DNA from: an uncultured Gammaproteobacteria bacterium
Lineage (GTDB): Bacteria > Patescibacteriota > Microgenomatia > UBA12405
Reading direction: 5' to 3'
Assembly (NCBI GenBank): GCA_964408995.1
Contig: CAYPBP010000003.1
Location: 14,803 to 78,802, forward strand
DNA length: 64,000 bases
Part shown: one piece after another, positions 17,238 through 30,127 of the stretch
How the letters are laid out: each line of letters opens with the position of its first letter
Numbering within the stretch: position 1 is the first letter of the stretch
Position numbers and translations under genes: made by a program
The notes under the pieces: model-generated
The model's input: the letters and a program-made list of their open reading frames with translations, nothing else
Databases searched by the model: none
What the model was told of the DNA's origin: nothing

Positions 17238-19901
17238 TTACTCCCCTGCTTTGGTTGCTTTTTTATCTTCTGAATCTATTTCGTTTTTACTGATAATAGT
17301 CATAGCATTTACTTTATCATCAGTTGATTTGAAACGCATTAGAATTACACCTTTAGTGTTGCGACTTAGAGTTGGAATATTTTTTAAAGGAAGTTTAATA
17401 GTGATAGCTTTTTTGGAGACTAAGACAACTTGATCATCATTTTCGGAGACAACTTGGGCGGCAGCAATATTTCCATTTTTAGGACTAAGATTGGCGACTT
17501 TAATACCGATACCACCACGTTTTTGAGATGGGTACAGATAAACATCGGTTCTTTTACCAACACCATTTTCAGTGACAATCATAAGATGCCTAAAAGTGCC
17601 TTTCTGTTTTTTGTCTATGAGGCTTGGAACAACAGCTATACCGACTAAAGTGTCACCTTCTTTTAATAAAATACCACGGACTCCTCGGGTTTGTCGGCCC
17701 ATTGGTCGACAATCTTTTTCGTCAAAACGGATACATTTACCATGGCTGGTTATCAAAAATATTTGATTGTCACCTTCAGTTAATTTAGCCCAAATTAATT
17801 GATCATCAGCATCAAGCTTGATGGCAGCTAAACCACTTTGACGGATATTTTTAAACTTATCAATAGAAGTTTTTTTAACAACACCTTTTTTGGTGGCTAA
17901 TAAAATGAATTTGGCTGGGGTGTTTTTACTAATTGGTAAAATTGTTTGGACAGTTTCTCCTTGAATGATATTAATTAGATTAACTACAGCTTGACCTTTG
18001 GCTTGTCTGGTACCTTCTTGAATATCCCAAACTTTGGTTTTAAAGACTCGACCTTTGTTGGTGAAGAAAAGAAGATCATCGTGGGTTTCTACTGAAAGCA
18101 TACATTCTATTTCGTCTTCATTTTTAGTAGTCATACCAACTACACCAACACCACCACGTTTTTGAGTGTGATAAGTTTCTTTAGTGACTCTTTTTATATA
18201 ACCAGTTTTGGTTAAGGCGACTAAAACGGCTTCGTTTGGAACCAAATCTTCTTCACTAAAATCATCTAGACCTTTGGCATAAATTTTAGTTTTTCGATTA
18301 TCACCATATTTTTCCATGATTTCTTTATTTTCTTGTTTAAGAACAGCAGTCATTACTTCTGGTTTGGTAATAATATCGGTTAAATAGGCAATGGTTTTTT
18401 CAATTTCATTATATTCATCATCAAGTTTTTGACGTTCAAGACCGGAAAGTTTTTTAAGTTGCATTTCAAGAATAGCTTGAGCTTGAAGATCTGTGAATCC
18501 GAATTTTTCCATTAATTTGCCTTTTGGATCTTCGTCTGGTTTGGTATTGCGAATAGTTTTAATAACTTCTTCAATAACATCAAGAGCTTTTTTGAGACCT
18601 TCTAAAATATGAGCTCGCATTAAATCACCTTTAAGATCAAAAATGGTACGTCGACGGACAATGTTTTCTCGATGACGAAGGAAAAGAAGTAATATTTGAC
18701 GTAAGTTTAGAGTTTGAGGAACACCACCAACTAAAGCTAATATATTGGCAGAATAGGAAGATTGGAGAGGAGTGTATTTAAAAATTTTATTTAAAATAGA
18801 TTTTGGTTTGCCAATTTTTTTGATTTCAATTACAACCCTAATACCATGACGATCAGATTCATCACGAAGATCAGAAATACCAATTATTTTTTTGTCACGA
18901 ACTAAATCAGCGATTTTTTTGACTAATTCAGCTTTGTTGACTTGATATGGTAATTCGGTGATAATAATTCTAATTTTTCCAGATTTGGTTTCTTCAATGT
19001 TGGTTTTACCACGAACAATAAATTTACCACGACCAGTGGTGTACATTTCAACAATTCCGGTTTTACCGTATATTTCACCAGCGGTTGGGAAATCTGGTCC
19101 TTGAACAAATTTAACTAAATCTTCAACAGTAGCGCTGGTTTCAAAAATGAAATGTTCTTTGGCTAATTCAAAAGCTGGTCTTAAAACCATTTCTTGAGTA
19201 TTTTTTGGAGCCAAAAGATTATTTAATTCAACTTCAGCTTCAATTTTTTCCAAACGACTATTATCTAAAATAAAATCGATAGCTCCACATAGTTCTTTTA
19301 AATTGTGGGGAGGAATACGAGTGGCCATACCGACAGCAATACCGTCAGCACCATTTAAAAGTAAAGTTGGAATTTTGGTTGGAAGAACAGATGGTTCTTT
19401 TTCGGTAGCATCAAAATTATCAACCATATCAACTGTTTCTTTATTAATATCAGCCACTATTTCAGTGGTTATTTTATCCATTTTGACTTCAGTGTAACGC
19501 ATAGCGGCTGGAGGATCGCCATCAATTGAACCGAAATTTCCTTGACCTTTGATTAGGGTGTAACGCATGGAAAAATCTTGAGCCAAACGGACAAGAGCAC
19601 CATAGACAGACATGTCACCGTGTGGGTGGTATTTACCTAAAACATCACCGACAACTTTAGCTGATTTACAAGTTTTACCACCACTGCCAAGACCCATTTT
19701 GTCCATATCGAAAATTATGCGGCGGTGAACTGGTTTAAGACCATCTCTTACATCAGGTAAGGCTCGAGAAACGATGACAGACATAGCATAGTCAAGATAT
19801 GAGGTTTCCATCTCTTGAACAATGTCAACATCCATGATGTTACCAATGTTAGAATTGTTTCGGTTGTTGTCGTTGACAATAGTATTTTTTTCTTCAGTCA
19901 T
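17238..19901 (-). CDS. gyrA: DNA gyrase subunit A
   Basis: [23 protein letters not shown], GyrA box QKRGGVG. Confidence 0.97.
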   Translation of the reverse strand: MTEEKNTIVNDNNRNNSNIGNIMDVDIVQEMETSYLDYAMSVIVSRALPDVRDGLKPVHRRIIFDMDKMGLGSGGKTCKSAKVVGDVLGKYHPHGDMSVYGALVRLAQDFSMRYTLIKGQGNFGSIDGDPPAAMRYTEVKMDKITTEIVADINKETVDMVDNFDATEKEPSVLPTKIPTLLLNGADGIAVGMATRIPPHNLKELCGAIDFILDNSRLEKIEAEVELNNLLAPKNTQEMVLRPAFELAKEHFIFETSATVEDLVKFVQGPDFPTAGEIYGKTGIVEMYTTGRGKFIVRGKTNIEETKSGKIRIIITELPYQVNKAELVKKIADLVRDKKIIGISDLRDESDRHGIRVVIEIKKIGKPKSILNKIFKYTPLQSSYSANILALVGGVPQTLNLRQILLLFLRHRENIVRRRTIFDLKGDLMRAHILEGLKKALDVIEEVIKTIRNTKPDEDPKGKLMEKFGFTDLQAQAILEMQLKKLSGLERQKLDDEYNEIEKTIAYLTDIITKPEVMTAVLKQENKEIMEKYGDNRKTKIYAKGLDDFSEEDLVPNEAVLVALTKTGYIKRVTKETYHTQKRGGVGVVGMTTKNEDEIECMLSVETHDDLLFFTNKGRVFKTKVWDIQEGTRQAKGQAVVNLINIIQGETVQTILPISKNTPAKFILLATKKGVVKKTSIDKFKNIRQSGLAAIKLDADDQLIWAKLTEGDNQIFLITSHGKCIRFDEKDCRPMGRQTRGVRGILLKEGDTLVGIAVVPSLIDKKQKGTFRHLMIVTENGVGKRTDVYLYPSQKRGGIGIKVANLSPKNGNIAAAQVVSENDDQVVLVSKKAITIKLPLKNIPTLSRNTKGVILMRFKSTDDKVNAMTIISKNEIDSEDKKATKAGE

Positions 19902-19907
19902 ATTAAA

Positions 19908-21854
<1,947 letters not shown>

Positions 21855-21963
21855 TTAATTCTAACAGAGTAAAATTAGCTTTACAATAAGCAAATTATGC
21901 GTATCTTTAGGATAAATTTTTTAGTAAAAATTTACTAAAATTGCGTGGAAATAATGCCTTATT

Positions 21964-22506
21964 TTAGGCCTTTTTAGACCTTAATTTAGACACAACATCA
22001 AAACTGATGACAGAAGTGGCAACTAAAACGTTTAAAGATATATTTATCCCAAACATAGGTATTTCTACTACTTTATCAACTAAATTTAAAATGTCTTTTG
22101 AGACACCAAAATTTTCACTGCCAGCAATTATGGCAACTTTTGAATTATATTTGGCACTTTGATAGTTGATACTGTCTTTGGTTTGTTCACAAGCAATGAT
22201 TTGATAACCTTCTTTTTTGAGTTTTTCAACACATTCTTTGGTGCTTTGATATTGTTCCCATGAAACCCATTTCCAAGTACCAATAGAAGCACGGTGAATT
22301 TTAATATTTGGTGGAGTGACAACTGAGCCACAAAGACAAATTTTTTCAACAGCTAGGGCATCAGCTAGTCTAAAAAAGGATCCGATATTGTAGGTGTCTA
22401 AAACATTGTCTAAAACTAAAACAATTGGATTGCGTTTAATTTCCTTTTGTAATTTTTCCGACTTCCCTACCTTACTTTTTCGTAATTGGTGTGAGTTTAG
22501 TTTCAT
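21964..22506 (-). CDS. TrmH/SpoU-family RNA methyltransferase
   Basis: VLDNV...NIGSFFR, GSENFGV, IPMFG..SLNV; likely start 22506. Confidence 0.88.
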   Translation of the reverse strand: MKLNSHQLRKSKVGKSEKLQKEIKRNPIVLVLDNVLDTYNIGSFFRLADALAVEKICLCGSVVTPPNIKIHRASIGTWKWVSWEQYQSTKECVEKLKKEGYQIIACEQTKDSINYQSAKYNSKVAIIAGSENFGVSKDILNLVDKVVEIPMFGINISLNVLVATSVISFDVVSKLRSKKA

Positions 22507-22521
22507 AAAAGAAATTATATC

Positions 22522-22548
22522 AAAAAACCCCGCAAACGCGGGGTTTTT
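22522..22548. terminator. Intrinsic terminator after the DsbA-like gene
   Basis: AAAAAACCCCGC-AAAC-GCGGGGTTTTT. Confidence 0.8.
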
Positions 22549-22564
22549 GTTAATTACAAAAAAC

Positions 22565-23671
22565 TTAGTTACAGCTAGGATCGGCGGCGGCGGGAGCAGC
22601 GGCGGCACCTGCAGCAGTTGGAGTGACAGCGGCAGGTTTTTCTAGACTCTTTTTACATTCTTTTGGAGCATTTTTGAAAGTACTACAAAGAGCTTCTTTG
22701 ATAACATCTTGGTTTCTTGTTTGACTTAAAGCATAAACTTTGTTGCCAATTTTAATGTTTTGATCGGTAGCATCAGTACCAAGCTCTGGAGGGAATGGTT
22801 TATCACCAATCATTAAAGTAGGTGAACCTTGAATTTGATACTTAGTAGTATCAGCAATTTCTTTTTCAATTAAGATACCAGCTTCTTTATTGAAACATTC
22901 AGTGATTTTGTTGGTATCTAAACCGGCTTTTTTAGCTTGTTCTTCCCAACAAGTGTCAGCATTGGTTGAAGTACAGTTTTCGTTGACGTTACCGATGAAA
23001 TCCCACCAAAGTTTTTTGTCGGTGGCCTGATTATAAGCACAAATTTCTCGAACATGTTGATTAGCCTCAACTCGGCCATTAAGAGCTGAATAAAGATTAT
23101 TGCCTATCTTTAGGTATGATTTTTCATCATTACAAGCTTTTTCTCCAACAACAGCTTGAGTTACCATAGCAGCAATTTGTTGTTTACAATCAGCTATATC
23201 TTTAAGTTGACCTTGACTTTGAGCAACATATTCAGCGCACTTATTTGGATCATAAGGAATAGTATATCTAGTTTTACAATATGTAGCTAAATTACCTTCG
23301 ATCTTGTCAAAGATATAACGAGGTCTGATATCTACTTTGTTTCCTAAAAGATCAAAAACTGGTCTTAGGGTGTCTTCTATATCATTACCATAAGGACAGA
23401 AACTCATTACATAAAAATCTAATTGAGGTTTGTCTACTTTAGTAGGAGTAAAAATATTTTTAGTAGTTAATTTAGTAGGGGTTATTTTATATTTAACTTT
23501 CATTAAAATAACTCCAGTAATTAAGGAGGCACTAGCTAATAATAAAGAAAAAATAAGAGCCCAAATAAGAGGGACACTTATAGACTTTTTGCAAATTGAA
23601 CAGTTAAGCCCTTTTTTTACTGTTTTCTTTTTGGTTTCAACTTCTTTTTTAATGATTTTTTTCTTTGGCAT
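22565..23671 (-). CDS. Membrane-anchored thioredoxin-fold (DsbA-like) protein
   Basis: FYVMSFCPYG (single active-site Cys), cis-Pro GSPTL. Confidence 0.7.
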   Translation of the reverse strand: MPKKKIIKKEVETKKKTVKKGLNCSICKKSISVPLIWALIFSLLLASASLITGVILMKVKYKITPTKLTTKNIFTPTKVDKPQLDFYVMSFCPYGNDIEDTLRPVFDLLGNKVDIRPRYIFDKIEGNLATYCKTRYTIPYDPNKCAEYVAQSQGQLKDIADCKQQIAAMVTQAVVGEKACNDEKSYLKIGNNLYSALNGRVEANQHVREICAYNQATDKKLWWDFIGNVNENCTSTNADTCWEEQAKKAGLDTNKITECFNKEAGILIEKEIADTTKYQIQGSPTLMIGDKPFPPELGTDATDQNIKIGNKVYALSQTRNQDVIKEALCSTFKNAPKECKKSLEKPAAVTPTAAGAAAAPAAADPSCN

Positions 23672-23696
23672 ATTTATTTAATTATTAATTATTAAT

Positions 23697-23888
23697 TTAT
23701 TTTTTAATATTGATTGCTCCAACAGGACAAGCATCAATTGCTGACTTTATATTATCATTAATTTCTTGTGGTTGTTTTTTTACTTTGGCTTTATAAATGG
23801 AATTATCCATTTCAAAAGTTTCTGGATCCATTATGGGGCAAGTGTTACAACCAATGCATTTGTTTTGATCGATTATTATTTTAGACAT
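23697..23888 (-). CDS. Ferredoxin
   Basis: CIGCNTC...CPVGAI. Confidence 0.9.
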   Translation of the reverse strand: MSKIIIDQNKCIGCNTCPIMDPETFEMDNSIYKAKVKKQPQEINDNIKSAIDACPVGAINIKK

Positions 23889-23951
23889 GCTTTTATATTA
23901 CCTAATTTAGTTATTATGTCAATAACAACAAGATTGATATAATAAGAATCT

Positions 23952-24953
23952 ATGGATATTAAAAGCAAAATTAATAATTTAGAAAATCACCAACTCTTTT
24001 TAAGAGTTAAAAGATTGTCTGGTCTTTTTTTGAGAAAAAATGATTTTGTAGAAGTTGATAATCCCCTGCTTTCGCCTAAACTAATCCCTGAATCTTATTT
24101 AGAAATTTTTGAGACAAAAAATTGTTATAAACAAGATGATCAAAAGATGTATTTGATTCCATCTCCAGAATTATTTTTAAAAAGATTGATTTCTAAAGGG
24201 ATTGGTAATTGTTATTTTTTGGGAAAAGTATTTAGAAATAATGAGCCAGTAGAAAAAAAACATTCTTATGAATTTACAATGCTTGAGTTTTACCGAGTTG
24301 GTGCTGATTATTTTGATGTAGCTAATGATGTAATGAATTTACTTAGATTTTTAGCCAAAAAAATATTTAATAAAAATGAGATTGAATATCAAGGTAAAAA
24401 AATAAGTTTAGATAGTTATGAAAAAATTACAGTATCAGAGGCTTTTTTGAAATATGCTGGTATTAGTGAAATTTTTGATCATAAAGAGTTTTTTAAACAA
24501 GCAGAAAAAAAAGGTTACAGAGTTTCTGGTTTAGATTATATTGATTTGTGGTCTCAGATTTATGGAATTGAAGTTGAAGCAAATTTGGGGAAAAATGGGC
24601 AAGTTACTTTTATTTATGATTATCCAAAAGAATTAGCAGCAATTACTAAAATTAATGATTTAGGAATTGCTCAGAGGTTTGAGTTTTATATTGAAGGAAT
24701 AGAATTGGGAAATTGTGGTAATGAAGGAGTGGATATTGATGAATATAAAGAGAGATTTTATAAAGATATAGAAATTCGTAAAAAATTAGATTTAATTGAC
24801 TATTCTCCTGATGTAGATTTTATTTCTGTTTTAGAAAAATTACCAAAATGTGCTGGTATTGCCATTGGGATGGACAGACTAGCAATGATTTTTGCCAATC
24901 AATTAAGTATTTCCGATTTACAATTAATTTCAATTCTGCAAAGCAGAAATTAA
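23952..24953 (+). CDS. epmA: EF-P lysine aminoacylase (LysRS catalytic-domain paralog)
   Basis: SPELFLKRL, FRNNE, EFTMLEFY, RFEFYIEGIELGN, LPKCAGIAIGMDRL; no anticodon-binding domain. Confidence 0.85.
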   Translation: MDIKSKINNLENHQLFLRVKRLSGLFLRKNDFVEVDNPLLSPKLIPESYLEIFETKNCYKQDDQKMYLIPSPELFLKRLISKGIGNCYFLGKVFRNNEPVEKKHSYEFTMLEFYRVGADYFDVANDVMNLLRFLAKKIFNKNEIEYQGKKISLDSYEKITVSEAFLKYAGISEIFDHKEFFKQAEKKGYRVSGLDYIDLWSQIYGIEVEANLGKNGQVTFIYDYPKELAAITKINDLGIAQRFEFYIEGIELGNCGNEGVDIDEYKERFYKDIEIRKKLDLIDYSPDVDFISVLEKLPKCAGIAIGMDRLAMIFANQLSISDLQLISILQSRN

Positions 24954-24957
24954 TACT

Positions 24958-25776
24958 ATGAATGATATATTCCAAGAAGATAAGTTTACACCAGTTAAAG
25001 GTTTAATTAGAAGGTATACGGATCGGGTTTTAATGGAATTAACTTTAAAATGTCCAGTTGAATGTGAATTCTGTTATCGAAAATGGAAAAAAGAAGAATG
25101 TAGAAAAGAATTGACTAAAAAAGATATTGACAATATGTTTGATTATATTATTAAAAATAAAAATATTAATGAAATTATTTTGTCTGGTGGTGAACCATTA
25201 ATAGTGCTGAATTTAATGGAATATGTTTTTGAAAAAGTTAGACTTTTAGATCAAATTAGAATTATTAGAATTCATACTAGAGCTCCAATAACAGCTCCAA
25301 AACTAGTTTCTAAAAGATTTTTAGATATTTTGAAATATAAGAATAATAATAAGATAGTTTACTTGTCACTTCATGTGAATCATATTAATGAGATTAACAA
25401 AGAAGTTGAAATGGCTATAAAAAAAATTAGGCAAACTGGAGTAATTTTATATTCACAATCGGTTTTGTTAAAAGATTTTAATGATTCAATTACTGATTTA
25501 AAAAATCTTTTTGGTAAATTAATTGAATTAGGAGTGCGGCCATATAATATTTATCAATGTAACAAAATTAAAGGCTTGGAAAAATATATGGTTCCAACTA
25601 AAAAAGCAGTAGGAATAATGACTGAGTTAAGAAAAACAATTTCTGGTTTTTGTTGCCCTAATTTAATAATAGATGTGCCAGGTAATGCTAATAAAATAGT
25701 GGCTCCTTTATTTTTTTGGGAAGTAAAGTTAGATTATCTTTTTGACTTTAGCGGTAATAAGGTTGAGATTGGTTAA
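24958..25776 (+). CDS. epmB: KamA/EpmB-family radical SAM aminomutase (short form)
   Basis: RRYTDRVL, CPVECEFCYR, LSGGEPL, IRIHTR, SQSVLL. Confidence 0.8.
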   Translation: MNDIFQEDKFTPVKGLIRRYTDRVLMELTLKCPVECEFCYRKWKKEECRKELTKKDIDNMFDYIIKNKNINEIILSGGEPLIVLNLMEYVFEKVRLLDQIRIIRIHTRAPITAPKLVSKRFLDILKYKNNNKIVYLSLHVNHINEINKEVEMAIKKIRQTGVILYSQSVLLKDFNDSITDLKNLFGKLIELGVRPYNIYQCNKIKGLEKYMVPTKKAVGIMTELRKTISGFCCPNLIIDVPGNANKIVAPLFFWEVKLDYLFDFSGNKVEIG

Positions 25777-26269
25777 TAATATTTTTATTTGTTTCTAAAA
25801 ACTCCCCTGCTAAAATAATGGCTTTTAATAGCATATTAACTCTATCTTCAGCTTGTTGTCTGTTTAAATTTTCTGATATATTGGGGAAATAATGAAAAAT
25901 TTCATTTCTGCCAAATTTCCAAGCAGTCCATAATTTTTCAGCTAATTCTTCACCACTTTCATGAATATCAGCTAATTTTTGATAAACAGAAAATCTTTTA
26001 TATCTTAGAGATGGGTTTAAAGTTTTGCCAACACGAAAACGTTCGCTTTCATAATCTTCATTACTAATGATATCTATTTTAAGAAAGAAATCTTTTAAAA
26101 AACCTTCATATGCTTTAGCAATTGGAGCTACAAAAAAAGCATAATCATGGATATGGTCATCCAAGTCAAATATATTTAAAATAGTTTCAACATCAGTTAA
26201 CAGATTTTTTTGGTTTTGACTTAAAAACTTTTTCGCATCTTCAAAAAGTTTAGTTGATGACATTATCAT
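25748..26269 (-). CDS. HEPN-like protein resembling the RnlA/LsoA C-terminal domain
   Basis: APIAKAYEGFLK and R-x4-H motif RNEIFH. Confidence 0.55.
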   Translation of the reverse strand: MIMSSTKLFEDAKKFLSQNQKNLLTDVETILNIFDLDDHIHDYAFFVAPIAKAYEGFLKDFFLKIDIISNEDYESERFRVGKTLNPSLRYKRFSVYQKLADIHESGEELAEKLWTAWKFGRNEIFHYFPNISENLNRQQAEDRVNMLLKAIILAGEFLETNKNIINQSQPYYR

Positions 26270-26829
26270 ATTTTAGATTTTACAAAAAGGAATAGAAAAA
26301 TAAAAAAGAAAAAGGTAAAAACTATTAGATATTTTTTAAGAAATTTTACAGGTAGTTGATTTTCTTCTCTAGCAAAGAGCCAATCTTGGAGGAATTTGGG
26401 ATTTTCTAAATAATCTTTTATTTCATCAACAAGAAGATGTAAATTAATAGATAAAAGAAAGGCTAAAACTAAAACATTTGAATATAAAGTAAAAATAAAT
26501 AAAGAAATTAAATTAAGGCTAATTTGAAAAAAATAATGATGGAAAATTAAATTGTTATGACTTTTTCCAGCTAGTCTGATTAGTTTATAAATAGATTTAA
26601 AATCTTTTTTTTGAAAAGTTGATCTAACTATGCGACTTTCATCGGTGTTTGGTTTTCTAAAAAACCAATAAATTATATGATCGATGTCTAGAAAAAAAGT
26701 GCCTAACATAATTCCAAAAAACAAAAGCAATATTTCTTTACTAGAAATTCCAAAAATAACCCAAATTATTGAGATAAATAAAAAAAGTATAAAACTTGGT
26801 AATAGGTGAAAAAGAAAATCTTGTTTCAT
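26266..26829 (-). CDS. Membrane protein, possible metal-dependent hydrolase
   Basis: TM helices with DIDH, FHH and HLLVD motifs. Confidence 0.55.
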   Translation of the reverse strand: MKQDFLFHLLPSFILFLFISIIWVIFGISSKEILLLFFGIMLGTFFLDIDHIIYWFFRKPNTDESRIVRSTFQKKDFKSIYKLIRLAGKSHNNLIFHHYFFQISLNLISLFIFTLYSNVLVLAFLLSINLHLLVDEIKDYLENPKFLQDWLFAREENQLPVKFLKKYLIVFTFFFFIFLFLFVKSKI

Positions 26830-26853
26830 TTATTAATGATAACAAAAATAAAA

Positions 26854-28071
26854 CTACTCGTATCGAAGGGCTTCGATTGGGGAAAGCTTGGAGGCCTTGT
26901 TAGCTGGAGCGACTCCAAAAATAATACCAACAGCAGAAGATACTCCAAAAGCTATTATTATTGATGAAATAGTGATTTTGGCGGGAAAGAAATTGTTAAT
27001 AGCAATTGTGCCAAGACCACCCAAAATAATACCAACTAATCCACCAAGGCAAGACAAAATAATGGCTTCAATTAGAAATTGAACTAAAATAGCTCTTGGG
27101 TAGGCACCAATGGCTTTTCTAAGTCCTATTTCTTTAGTTCTTTCTGTAACCGAAACCAACATAATATTCATAATACCAACACCTCCAACAATCAAAGAAA
27201 TGGCAGCAATACCAGTAAGAGCAATTGTAAGAGTGTTGATAATGGCATTGATAGAGCTTAAGAGTTGAGAACTATCAAAAACAGAAAAATCATCGACACC
27301 ATATCTTTCAAGCATTATATTAATGATTTCTTTTTTAGTTGATTCAATTACATCTTTGTTTTGGGCTTTAACAACAATACTATTAATGTTTTCGTTTCCA
27401 GCAAGACTGGAAATGACGGTTAGTGGACCGTAAGCTTGATCATCTATACTTGGTCCACCCATTGAAGCACCTTTTTTATCTACAACCCCTATAACTTTTA
27501 AACTTTTTCCTTTGACGATTACTTTTTTACCAAGAGCATTTGATTTTGGGAAAAGAGTTTGGGCAACTTTATGGCCCAAAACAATAACTGGAGTTTTCTT
27601 GTCATTTTCTTCTTTGGTAAACCAACGACCGTTACCCTCAGATGGAAGTAAATTATTGTTTTTGCCGAATTCTTCTGTGGAACCATCAATTTCTATTTGT
27701 TTTTTTATAGCTTGGTTTGATTTGATGTCAGCAAAAGTAGCATTGACTGGCATTACAATAGAATTTTTTAATTTTCGATTAAGATTGTTTATATCTTTTT
27801 GAGTAAAGCTAGAAGTCATTACAAAACCACCTTGAGCAAAACCACCATCATTATTAAAGACTTTTCCTGGGGTAACAAAAATTGAATTAGCACCAAGACT
27901 TTCAAATTGTTGAGTGACATAGTCTTTAAGACCATTACCAATTGAAGTTAATAAAATAACTGAAGTGACACCAATAATAATTCCAAGAGAAGTTAATATA
28001 GTTCGACTTTTATTCTTTAAAATAGATCTAAAACTAGATTTTAGAAGATCATTAAATGACGGTTTAAGCAT
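26854..28071 (-). CDS. MacB/FtsX-type ABC permease
   Basis: LTSLGIIIGV, GGVGIMNIMLVSVTERTKEIGLRKAIGA, PIEALRYE. Confidence 0.93.
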   Translation of the reverse strand: MLKPSFNDLLKSSFRSILKNKSRTILTSLGIIIGVTSVILLTSIGNGLKDYVTQQFESLGANSIFVTPGKVFNNDGGFAQGGFVMTSSFTQKDINNLNRKLKNSIVMPVNATFADIKSNQAIKKQIEIDGSTEEFGKNNNLLPSEGNGRWFTKEENDKKTPVIVLGHKVAQTLFPKSNALGKKVIVKGKSLKVIGVVDKKGASMGGPSIDDQAYGPLTVISSLAGNENINSIVVKAQNKDVIESTKKEIINIMLERYGVDDFSVFDSSQLLSSINAIINTLTIALTGIAAISLIVGGVGIMNIMLVSVTERTKEIGLRKAIGAYPRAILVQFLIEAIILSCLGGLVGIILGGLGTIAINNFFPAKITISSIIIAFGVSSAVGIIFGVAPANKASKLSPIEALRYE

Positions 28072-28777
28072 TTTTATCCTCCACTATTTTTCCATCTTTA
28101 ATAATAATAGTTCGATTCGCTTGTTTGGCTAAATCCATATCATGGGTAACTAAAACAATAGTTCTTCCCTCTTTTTCGTTTAATTGGTGGAAAAATTTCA
28201 TAATTTCAATTCCAGATTTACTGTCTAAATTACCAGTTGGTTCGTCGGCTAGAATAATTTGAGGATTATTAATTAGGGCTCTAGCGATAGCAACTCGTTG
28301 TTGTTGACCACCAGAAAGTTGAGCTGGAGTATTTGAAGTTTTGTCTTGAAGTCCAACCTTAATTAACATATCTAATGCCATTTGATTACGGTCTTTTTTG
28401 GGAACATCAGAATATAAAAGTGGCAGTAAAACATTTTCTAAAGATGAAGTTTTGGCTAATAAATTAAATTGTTGGAAAACAAAACCAAGAGTTATATTTC
28501 TTATTTGAGCTAGCTCATGTTCTTGGAGTTTAGAAATATCTTTACCATTTAAAAGAACCTCACCTGAAGTTGGGTTATCTAACAAACCAATTATATGCAT
28601 TAAAGTTGATTTACCAGAACCAGAAGGGCCAGTTATAGAAACAAATTCACCTTGATGTATTTTTACACTAATATTATCGAGAGCATTAAAAGAATTAATT
28701 CCAGTAATGTAAGTTTTGGTAACTTTTTTTAATTCTAAAATAACCTTAGAATTATTTTGAGATAACAATTTGGTCAT
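28064..28777 (-). CDS. ABC ATP-binding protein (LolD/MacB type)
   Basis: GPSGSGKST, LSGGQQQR, ADEPTGNLD. Confidence 0.95.
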   Translation of the reverse strand: MTKLLSQNNSKVILELKKVTKTYITGINSFNALDNISVKIHQGEFVSITGPSGSGKSTLMHIIGLLDNPTSGEVLLNGKDISKLQEHELAQIRNITLGFVFQQFNLLAKTSSLENVLLPLLYSDVPKKDRNQMALDMLIKVGLQDKTSNTPAQLSGGQQQRVAIARALINNPQIILADEPTGNLDSKSGIEIMKFFHQLNEKEGRTIVLVTHDMDLAKQANRTIIIKDGKIVEDKNA

Positions 28778-29807
28778 TTTCAGAAAGTCCTTCTAAAACT
28801 TCAACAATAGTATCAGTTTCAATTCCAGTTTTAATATATTTTTTAGTTAGTTCTGGTTTTTCTGTTTCTTTAACTAAAACATAAACTTTATCACCATCTT
28901 GGTGTAAAGTATTAATTGGAATGGTTAGAGCATTTTCGACTTCTTTTAGAGAAATAACAGCATCACCATCCATTCCGATTCGGTATTGAAGATTATCATT
29001 TTCTTTTGGAAGGCTAAATCTGACCTCGTAAACAGTACTAGATTCACCTTTGGCTGGGATAAAAGAAATATAATCTATTTTAGATTCAAAGAATTTATCT
29101 GAAAAACTATCAATTTTAATAGTGGTTTTATCCCCTATTTTTATTTTAGGAACATCTTCTTGATCAATTTTTGATTGAAAATAAATGCTGTTTGGATCAA
29201 TAATAGAGAAAGTAGCTGTGGCAGGAGAGATATTTATACCACTGCTTGGTTGTTCAATGTTGGTAACAATACCAGCAATTGGAGTTATTAAAGTGGCATA
29301 TTTAATGGTTAAATCTTGAAGTTCATAATTTATGACTGAATTATCTAAAGTATTTTGTGATCTGACCAAAATTCTTTTCATCTCATCAGTAAGAGTTAGA
29401 CTATCTTTTTCAGTTTTATAATCGTCTTGAGTGTCATCAAAAGTAGCTAATGCAGATCGGTAATTATTGAAATCAATTTGGAGTCGTTTCTTTAATTCTT
29501 CTTTGTTAAGAGAAGCAATAGCTTGATATTTTCTAACTTTATCCCCTACTTTGACACCAACCCAAGCTAGTTGACCACTGGTTTGAAAACGAAGATCAGT
29601 CTTAAGATTGGCGTCGATTGATCCAGCAAGAGTTATTTCGTCTTTAATAGTTTGTCTTATTGGGGTTATTAGTTTTTCTTTTTTGGTATCTAACTTAGTT
29701 TTTTCACTAGAGTTTGATTGAGCTCTAATTTTAATAAAACCAAAAATTAAAACAAAAGCTACGGTGATAATAATAATTTTTTTGAAGTGTTTTTTAAGAA
29801 ACGGCAT
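28752..29807 (-). CDS. Membrane-fusion/adaptor subunit (MacA-like)
   Basis: N-terminal TM helix, VKVGDKV, TPIAGIV, GLSEND; likely start 29807. Confidence 0.85.
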   Translation of the reverse strand: MPFLKKHFKKIIIITVAFVLIFGFIKIRAQSNSSEKTKLDTKKEKLITPIRQTIKDEITLAGSIDANLKTDLRFQTSGQLAWVGVKVGDKVRKYQAIASLNKEELKKRLQIDFNNYRSALATFDDTQDDYKTEKDSLTLTDEMKRILVRSQNTLDNSVINYELQDLTIKYATLITPIAGIVTNIEQPSSGINISPATATFSIIDPNSIYFQSKIDQEDVPKIKIGDKTTIKIDSFSDKFFESKIDYISFIPAKGESSTVYEVRFSLPKENDNLQYRIGMDGDAVISLKEVENALTIPINTLHQDGDKVYVLVKETEKPELTKKYIKTGIETDTIVEVLEGLSENDQIVISK

Positions 29808-29830
29808 ATCGTTTGTATTATACTCTAAAA

Positions 29831-30127
29831 TTAAGCTAATTTCTCTTTTTTTAATTCTTTTATTTTCCACATAAAAAGTTTATACGGAGTTTCAATGGTG
29901 CCTTTATTTTGATCTTTAACAAAATATCTGGCTTTTTCCAAAATTTCTCGGTCTAAATTTTTGGCAAGACGAATATAAATAGCTCTGCCTTTCCAATCAT
30001 CTAATTCTTTGGCAAGTTCGAGGCCATAAGCTTGATATTCGTTTTTAACGTATTTTTTCCTTTTAGCTAAAGTTTCTTTAAACTTAGTAAACTGTTCTCC
30101 GATTAAACTAATTTGTTGATTTTTCAT
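29831..30127 (-). CDS. Hypothetical protein
   Basis: 98 aa, in operon context. Confidence 0.6.
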   Translation of the reverse strand: MKNQQISLIGEQFTKFKETLAKRKKYVKNEYQAYGLELAKELDDWKGRAIYIRLAKNLDREILEKARYFVKDQNKGTIETPYKLFMWKIKELKKEKLA

